NCBI GenBank assembly: GCA_051362555.1
Contig: CM120642.1
Location: 9,858,001-9,922,000 of the forward strand
DNA: 64,000 bases
Direction: 5' to 3'
Source of the DNA: Lingula anatina
Taxonomy: Eukaryota > Animalia > Brachiopoda
Shown here piece after piece: positions 1 to 8,203 of the stretch. The position numbers were made by a program, and so were the translations under genes. The first letter of the stretch is position 1; each line of letters begins with the position of its first letter. The notes beneath the pieces were generated by a model. The model made no database searches. It was not told the origin of the DNA and saw nothing but the letters and a program-made list of their open reading frames with translations.

Positions 1-428
1 TGCGTTTGGTTTCACCTTTGACGTTGTAGAGCACGATGACGTCCACAGCTGTTCACACCTCGGCGGTTTTAGTATTGAGTAGTCTTTACTCCTTCAAATG
101 TCGACTGCTGACTTGCCCCGGCTACTGCTATGAACATATGAACAGTCTTGAGAAGCAAGGGCCCAAGATAGGAAAGATGGGGCATAAAAAGACAAAACGT
201 GTGCCTGATAAAAGGAGTAGAGGTGACGCGACTTTTGTAAAAATTGAAAAGTTTTCTCGCTGATAATCCCACCAAGAAGACAGCACATTTTGATGAAATG
301 CAAGCCATACGGAGTTAGTTATAGCTCAATATAAGTTCAAGATCTGTGGCACCAATATAACTGATGAGAAAGGAAATATAATTGTCGACGCAGATGTAAA
401 TTTTCTAAAGTATACCGTATTTTTATGC

Positions 429-634
429 AAAAGGTAATTTGCTAAGTCCCACGAGAGCCCTCATTTGTTCTCGTCTCGTGACATGCCGATTCAGGGGCCA
501 AGTCGTTGTCGTGATGGACTGACGTGCCTCATCCGGGACTCGAACCCGTGACTTTGCGTTACCAAGGTTGATGACGCTTTGGATGTCTCATTTGCATCCA
601 TGCACGCTACCGACTGCTCCGTGCTGACCCGCCC
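429..634 (-). ncRNA. Candidate Pol III small RNA 'A' (~205 nt, tRNA-like head with structured 3' extension). Other copies at 1767-1973, 3105-3311, 4597-4749 (internally deleted) and 5812-6018
   Basis: On the minus strand: TATAAG ~30 nt upstream (664-659), A-box-like CGGAGCAGTCGG (621-610), perfect B box GGTTCGAGTCC (546-536) inside a CGGG/CCCG T-arm, and first TTTT at 432-429. Visible hairpins include CACG/CGTG, GGATG/CATCC, GCGT/ACGC and CACGAGA/TCTCGTG. The 5' and 3' ends are estimates. Confidence 0.55.
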
Positions 635-700
635 ACCCTCCGTAGGTGCGAGTTTCCTCTTATAGTAAACAATCGCAATTTTTACAAATTAATTCTGGCC

Positions 701-795
701 AAAAAATGAAACGACAGCTACTGTGTCTCGAACCAGCGTCTGAGAGTCTGCCTGTCCGCAAGTCAGCAGAGTTACCACGCAGCCACGACGGCTCC
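701..795 (-). ncRNA. Candidate Pol III small RNA 'B' (~95 nt, vault-RNA-like layout). Other copies at 2040-2134, 3378-3472, 3531-3625, 4816-4910 and 6085-6179
   Basis: On the minus strand: A box TGGCTGCGTGG (785-775), B box GGTTCGAGAC (734-725) and TTTTTT terminator (706-701). The ends can pair (GTGGCTGC with GTAGCTGT, using G-U pairs) and there is a central TCTGC/GCAGA hairpin. No tRNA cloverleaf is evident. Confidence 0.6.
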
Positions 796-3700
796 GTTGG
801 TTCGAAATGATCAGATGGAAACTTTCAACCTCGTCACGGAGAGCGCCAGGTCGCAATGTATAATCCGGGTGCCGCATTTCAGCCCACGCAACCCCAGTCC
901 CCGACATGAACGGTAAAGTTCGTGATGTACAACGAAGTCGTGTTTGACAACCCGACCCGGAGCTCGGAGCTTATTTTATACTACGATTGATTTTGGCTTT
1001 ACCCATGACATTAAAGAGTACAATGGGATCAGAGGCGGTTCACAACAGGCGGGGTTTACTTTTAGCAAGACCATGAGAGGAGAGAATAAAAAAATACATT
1101 CAACTTTTTAATTACTGGTGCGATTGCAGCCATGGAAATTTTGAGTAAAACATATTTGGCAAATAATTCCGCCGAGGAGATATCGTTTTTCTACCGAACA
1201 CGGTTAACAGGTGGTGTGACGTGCTGTTATACCGGAAAAGCTACAGAATCAAAACAAGTTGGATCGTGTTCTTTGATAGGCCTGCTCTGTACGTTCCTAG
1301 TAAGATGCTTTTATTCTCATTTGTTTTTGCACTGAGATTGCGTTTGGTTTCACCTTTGACGTTGTAGAGCACGATGACGTCCACAGCTGTTCACACCTCG
1401 GCGGTTTTAGTATTGAGTAGTCTTTACTCCTTCAAATGTCGACTGCTGCCTTGCCCCGGCTACTGCTATGAACATATGAACAGTCTTGAGAAGCAAGAGC
1501 CCAAGATAGGAAAGATGGGGCATAAAAAGACAAAACGTGTGCCTGATAAAAGGAGTAGAGGTGACGCGACTTTTGTAAAAATTGAAAAGTTTTCTCGCTG
1601 ATAATCCCACCAAGAAGACAGCACATTTTGATGAAATGCAAGCCATACGGAGTTAGTTATAGCTCAATATAAGTTCAAGATCTGTGGCACCAATATAACT
1701 GAAGAGAAAGGAAATATAATTGTCGACGCAGATGTAAATTTTCTAAAGTATACCGTATTTTTATGCAAAAGGTAATTTGCTAAGTCCCACGAGAGCCCTC
1801 ATTCGTTCTCGTCTCGTGACATGCCGATTCAGGGGCCAAGTCGTTGTCGTGATGGACTGACGTGCCTCATCCGGGACTCGAACCCGTGACTTTGCGTTAC
1901 CAAGGTTGATGACGCTTTGGATGTCTCATTTGCATCCATGCACGCTACCGACTGCTCCGTGACTGACCCGCCCACCCTCCGTAGGTGCGAGTTTCCTCTT
2001 ATAGTAAACAATCGCAATTTTTACAAATTAATTCTGGCCAAAGAATGAAACGACAGCTACTGTGTCTCGAACCAGCGTCCGAGAGTCTGCCTGTCCGCAA
2101 GTCAGCAGAGTTACCACGCAGCCACGACGGCTCCGTTGGTTCGAAATGATCAGATGGAAACTTTCAACCTCGTCACGGAGAGCGCCAAGTCGCAATGTAT
2201 AATCCGGGTGCCGCATTTCAGCCCACGCAACCCCAGTCCCCGACATGAACGGTAAAGTTCGTGATGTACAACGAAGTCGTGTTTGACAACCCGACCCGGA
2301 GCTCGGAGCTTATTTTATACTACGATTGATTTTGGCTTTACCCATGACATTAAAGAGTACAATGGGATCAGAGGCGGTTCACAACAGGCGGGGTTTACTT
2401 TTAGCAAGACCATGAGAGGAGAGAATAAAAAATACATTCAACTTTTTAATTACTGGTGCGATTGCAGCCATGGAAATTTTGAGTAAAACATATTTGGCAA
2501 ATAATTCCGTCGAGGAGATATCGTTTTTCTACCGAACACGGTTAACAGGTGGTGTGACGTGCTGTTATACCGGAAAAGCTACAGAATCAAAACAAGTTGG
2601 ATCGTGTTCTTTGATAGGCCTGCTCTGTACGTTCCTAGTAAGATGCTTTTATTCTCATTTGTTTTTGCACTGAGATTGCGTTTGGTTTCACCTTTGACGT
2701 TGTAGAGCACGATGACGTCCACAGCTGTTCACACCTCGGCGGTTTTAGTATTGAGTAGTCTTTACTCCTTCAAATGTCGACTGCTGCCTTGCCCCGGCTA
2801 CTGCTATGAACATATGAACAGTCTTGAGAAGCAAGAGCCCAAGATAGGAAAGATGGGGCATAAAAAGACAAAACGTGTGCCTGATAAAAGGAGTAGAGGT
2901 GACGCGACTTTTGTAAAAATTGAAAAGTTTTCTCGCTGATAATCCCACCAAGAAGACAGCACATTTTGATGAAATGCAAGCCATACGGAGTTAGTTATAG
3001 CTCAATATAAGTTCAAGATCTGTGGCACCAATATAACTGAAGAGAAAGGAAATATAATTGTCGACGCAGATGTAAATTTTCTAAAGTATTCCGTATTTTT
3101 ATGCAAAAGGTAATTTGCTAAGTCCCACGAGAGCCCTCATTCGTTCTCGTCTCGTGACATCCCGATTCAGGGGCCAAGTCGTTGTCGTGATGGACTGACG
3201 TGCCTCATCCGGGACTCGAACCCGTGACTTTGCGTTACCAAGGTTGATGACGCTTTGGATGTCTCATTTGCATCCATGCACGCTACCGACTGCTTCGTGA
3301 CTGACCCGCCCACCCTCCGTAGGTGCGAGTTTCCTCTTATAGTAAACAATCGCAATTTTTACAAATTAATTCTGGCCAAAAAATGAAACGACAGCTACTG
3401 TGTCTCGAACCAGCGTCCGAGAGCCTGCCTGTCCGCAAGTCCGCAGACTTACAACGCAGCCACGACGGCTCCGTTGGTTCGAAATGATCTTATAGTAAAC
3501 AATCGCAATTTTTACAAATTAATTCTGGCCAAAAAATGAAACGACAGCTACTGTATCTCGAACCAGCGTCCGAGAGTCTGCCTGTCCGCAAGTCAGCAGA
3601 GTTACCACGCAGCCACGACGGCTCCGTTGGTTCGAAATGATCAGATGGAAACTTTCAACCTCGTCACGGAGAGCGCCAGGTCGCAATGGATAATCCGGGT

Positions 3701-6700
3701 GCCGCATTTCAGCCCACGCAACCCCAGTCCCCGACATGAACGGTAAAGTTCGTGATGTACAACGAAGTCGTGTTTGACAACCCGACCCGGAGCTCGGAGC
3801 TTATTTTATACTACGATTGATTTTGGCTTTACCCATGACATTAAAGAGTACAATGGGATCAGAGGCGGTTCACAACAGGCGGGGTTTACTTTTAGCGAGA
3901 CCATGAGAGGAGAGAATAAAAAAATACATTCAACTTTTTAATTACTGGTGCGATTGCAGCCATGGAAATTTTGAGTAAAACATATTTGGCAAATAATTCC
4001 GCCGAGGAGATATCGTTTTTCTACCGAACACGGTTAACAGGTGGTGTGACGTGCTGTTATACCGGAAAAGCTACAGAATCAAAACAAGTTGGATCGTGTT
4101 CTTTGATAGGCCTGCTCTGTACGTTCCTAGTAAGATGCTTTTATTCTCATTTGTTTTTGCACTGAGATTGCGTTTGGTTTCACCTTTGACGTTGTAGAGC
4201 ACGATGACGTCCACAGCTGTTCACACCTCGGCGGTTTTAGTATTGAGTAGTCTTTACTCCTTCAAATGTCGACTGCTGACTTGCCCCGGCTACTGCTATG
4301 AACATATGAACAGTCTTGAGAAGCAAGAGCCCAAGGTAGGAAAGATGGGGCATAAAAAGACAAAACGTGTGCCTGATAAAAGGAGTAGAGGTGACGCGAC
4401 TTTTGTAAAAATTGAAAAGTTTTCTCGCTGATAATCCCACCAAGAAGACAGCACATTTTGATGAAATGCAAGCCATACGGAGTTAGTTATAGCTCAATAT
4501 AAGTTCAAGATCTGTGGCACCAATATAACTGAAGAGAAAGGAAATATAATTGTCGACGCAGATGTAAACTTTCTAAAGTATACCGTATTTTTATGCAAAA
4601 GGTAATCTGCTAAGTCCCACGAGAGCCCTCATTCGTTCTCGTCTCGTGACATCCCGATTCAGGGGCCAAGTCGTTGTCGTGATGGACTGACGTGCCTCAT
4701 CCGGGACTCGAACCCGTGACTTTGCGTTACCAAGGTTGATGACCCGCCCACCCTCCGTAGGTGCGAGTTTCCTCTTATAGTAAACAATCGCAATTTTTAC
4801 AAATTAATTCTGGTCAAAAAATGAAACGACAGCTACTGTGTCTCGAACCAGCGTCCGAGAGTCTGCCTGTCCGCAAGTCAGCAGAGTTACCACGCAGCCA
4901 CGACGGCTCCGTTGGTTCGAAATGATCAGATGGAAACTTTCAACCTCGTCACGGAGAGCGCCAGGTCGCAATGGATAATCCGGGTGCCGCATTTCAGCCC
5001 ACGCAACCCCAGTCCCCGACATGAACGGTAAAGTTCGTGATGTACAACGAAGTCGTGTTTGACAACCCGACCCGGAGCTCGGAGCTTATTTTATACTACG
5101 ATTGATTTTGGCTTTACCCATGACATTAAAGAGTACAATGGGATCAGAGGCGGTTCACAACAGGCGGGGTTTACTTTTAGCGAGACCATGAGAGGAGAGA
5201 ATAAAAAATACATTCAACTTTTTAATTACTGGTGCGATTGCAGCCATGGAAATTTTGAGTAAAACATATTTGGCAAATAATTCCGTCGAGGAGATATCGT
5301 TTTTCTACCGAACACGGTTAACAGGTGGTGTGACGTGCTGTTATACCGGAAAAGCTACAGAATCAAAACAAGTTGGATTGTGTTCTTTGATAGGCCTGCT
5401 CTGTACGTTCCTAGTAAGATGCTTTTATTCTCATTTGTTTTTGCACTGAGATTGCGTTTGGTTTCACCTTTGACGTTGTAGAGCACGATGACGTCCACAG
5501 CTGTTCACACCTCGGCGGTTTTAGTATTGAGTAGTCTTTACTCCTTCAAATGTCGACTGCTGACTTGCCCCGGCTACTGCTATGAACATATGAACAGTCT
5601 TGAGAAGCAAGGGCCCAAGATAGGAAAGATGGGGCATAAAAAGACAAAACGTGTGCCTGATAAAAGGAGTAGAGGCATAAATGCAAGCCATACGGAGTTA
5701 GTTATAGCTCAATATAAGTTCAAGATCTGTGGCACCAATATAACTGAAGAGAAAGGAAATATAATTGTCGACGCAGATGTAAACTTTCTAAAGTATTCCG
5801 TATTTTTATGCAAAAGGTAATCTGCTAAGTCCCACGAGAGCCCTCATTCGTTCTCGTCTCGTGACATCCCGATTCAGGGGCCAAGTCGTTGTCGTGATGG
5901 ACTGACGTGACTCATCCGGGACTCGAACCCGTGACTTTGCGTTACCAAGGTTGATGACGCTTTGGATGTCTCATTTGCATCCATGCACGCTACCGACTGC
6001 TCCGTGACTGACCCGCCCACCCTCCGTAGGTGCGAGTTTCCTCTTATAGTAAACAATCGCAATTTTTACAAATTAATTCTGGTCAAAAAATGAAACGACA
6101 GCTACTGTGTCTCGAACCAGCGTCCGAGAGTCTGCCTGTCCGCAAGTCAGCAGAGTTACCACGCAGCCACGACGGCTCCGTTGGTTCGAAATGATCAGAT
6201 GGAAACTTTCAACCTCGTCACGGAGAGCGCCAGGTCGCAATGGATAATCCGGGTGCCGCATTTCAGCCCACGCAACCCCAGTCCCCGACATGAACGGTAA
6301 AGTTCGTGATGTACATCGAAGTCGTGTTTGACAACCCGACCCGGAGCTCGGAGCTTATTTTATACTACGATTGATTTTGGCTTTACCCATGACATTAAAG
6401 AGTAGAATGGGATCAGAGGCGGTTCACAACAGGCGGGGTTTACTTTTAGCGAGACCATGAGAGGAGAGAATAAAAAATACATTCAACTTTTTAATTACTG
6501 GTGCGATTGCAGCCATGGAAATTTTGAGTAAAACATATTTGGCAAATAATTCCGTCGAGGAGATATCGTTTTTCTACCGAACACGGTTAACAGGTGGTGT
6601 GACGTGCTGTTATACCGGAAAAGCTACAGAATCAAAACAAGTTGGATCGTGTTCTTTGATAGGCCTGCTCTGTACGTTCCTAGTAAGATGCTTTTATTCT

Positions 6701-7231
6701 CATTTGTTTTTGCACTGAGATTGCGTTTGGTTTCACCTTTGACGTTGTAGAGCACGATGACGTCCACAGCTGTTCACACCTCGGCGGTTTTAGTATTGAG
6801 TAGTCTTTACTCCTTCAAATGTCGACTGCTGACTTGCCCCGGCTACTGCTATGAACATATGAACAGTCTTGAGAAGCAAGAGCCCAAGATAGGAAAGATG
6901 GGGCATAAAAAGACAAAACGTGTGCCTGATAAAAGGAGTAGAGGTGACGCGACTTTTGTAAAAATTGAAAAGTTTTCTCGCTGATAATCCCACCAAGAAG
7001 ACAGCACATTTTGATGAAATGCAAGCCATACGGAGTTAGTTATAGCTCAATATATGTTTAAGATGTTTGGCACCAATATAAGGACTTTTAACTGAAGAAA
7101 AAGGAAATATAATTGTCGACGCAGATGTAAACTTTCTAAAGTATAGGGGCCTATTTATGTCATTTAAATCACATCTACAAAATAACCAAATTAGCTCATA
7201 AATAAATTGTAAATTTCCTCAACGAGTAACG

Positions 7232-7300
7232 ACTCGTCAGTTTTTTTAATGAATAATGAATGTTTTAACATTTATTATTCATTAAAAAAAACTGACGAGT
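7232..7300. repeat. Near-perfect ~69-bp palindrome (hairpin) just upstream of a splice acceptor
   Basis: actcgtcagttttttt-aatgaataatgaatgtt pairs with aacatttattattcatt-aaaaaaaactgacgagt, giving arms of ~33 bp. Confidence 0.85.
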
Positions 7301-7323
7301 TAAAACTTTGCATTTAATTTTAG

Positions 7324-7645
7324 AAGGTGTGGTTTACCAAATCAACGGGAACATCCATGCTCCGTGTTGGTTTCCATGGCAATATCCGTGTTATGGCCAC
7401 TGCTGGTAAAACTGTAGCCTGTCGCAGATATTGGTTTACTTTCAATGGCACTGAATGTGACAGCCCAACGTTTATAGATGGACAATTTTATGCTGACAAT
7501 ACATATAATGTCCACCATCATTCTACCAGTAAGTTAGAATACAATATAATACTACTTATGTAAAGTGGCACATGGAAAATAGAAAACTGAACTTAGCAAA
7601 TTGCTACAGAAGAAGCAAAACACATGGCCGCGTGGGCATACATGT

Positions 7646-7676
<31 letters not shown>

Positions 7677-8203
7677 GGGGGGGCGGGGGGGGGGGAGCTA
7701 ACCATATAGAAAAAAATAGTGACGAGGTGATATGACGAGGGTGCTCCCTAAGCATTCTCAAACCCCACTCTGCTTCCTGCGCTAAAGACTCGTGGTTGAT
7801 GCCAGAAGTGGTAGGGCTAAGTGATTCCCCACTACTTGTACGCCATGCCTTATGTTGATGTTTTAATAAACAAAGAATAGATAAATGGATAAAAATGGAG
7901 AGTCAAAATACATAGGCCGTGTATGAATTAGTAGGTCAATGAAAACACCTAGCTGGTAATCAAGTTATGGAAATTAAATTTTTTTGCATGCTTGTTTCTA
8001 ATTCTTGGTATATTGTTTTCTCTGATAGTTCACAGTTATACTTCTATTGCAATTTTTCAGTTGACGGAATCTGCGAGAACCTGGCAGCCGGAGAAGTGGT
8101 GATTGGTTTTCATGTTGGGCAATGCAGAAACCGTGCTTCTGAAACGGCCAATGCATACACAGGATGGGCCAGTGCTACCAGAATTATCGTGGAAGAGTTC
8201 TAA
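7324..8203 (+). CDS. CTHRC1-like C-terminal domain; last two coding exons (7324 or 7327..7528 and 8061..8203). The 5' part of the gene is not seen in the window
   Basis: The spliced peptide VWFTKSTGTSMLRVGFHGNIR..CRRYWFTFNGTEC..VHHHSTIDGICENLAAG..VGQC..AYTGWASATRIIVEEF matches the CTHRC1 C-terminal pattern (FTK..LRV.F.G..R..C.RWYFTFNG.EC..EGLCEGIGAG..TGWNSVSRIIIEE). The intron is GT-AG, phase 1. AATAAA lies at 8374. Orthology to CTHRC1 itself is not established. Confidence 0.9.

Larger units (their letters stand above)
1..7145. repeat. Tandem array of a ~1338-bp unit (5 full units plus a partial, diverged terminal unit); runs off the left edge of the window
   Basis: The motif tgcgtttggtttcacc recurs at 1, 1339, 2677, 4169, 5453 and 6722, giving units of 1338, 1338, 1492, 1284 and 1269 bp. 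Units differ only by a few SNPs and indels. Homology stops after ...ctaaagtata at ~7145. Confidence 0.98.

Noticed and set aside
340-400. Hammerhead-like CTGA(T/A)GA...GAAA...GTC in each array unit (retrozyme hypothesis)
   Set aside because: The core letters are present, but there is no stem II pair (GAAAG) and no stem I pairing adjacent to the core, so it cannot be drawn as a valid hammerhead.
414-430. TA|CCGTATTTT at the array junction, resembling a Tc2-type mariner terminus
   Set aside because: No matching inverted terminus was found in the unit, and some units lack the TA.
1-1338. Array unit as 5S rDNA, histone repeat, U6/U6atac, 7SL or canonical tRNA cluster
   Set aside because: I recognised no diagnostic sequence for any of these. 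The atgagaggagagaa similarity to U6atac is too short and lacks the rest of that RNA.
36-7029. Recurrent 60-110-aa ORFs in the tandem array
   Set aside because: They are short, overlap on both strands, match no recognisable domain and are broken by indels between units. They recur only because the DNA is repeated.
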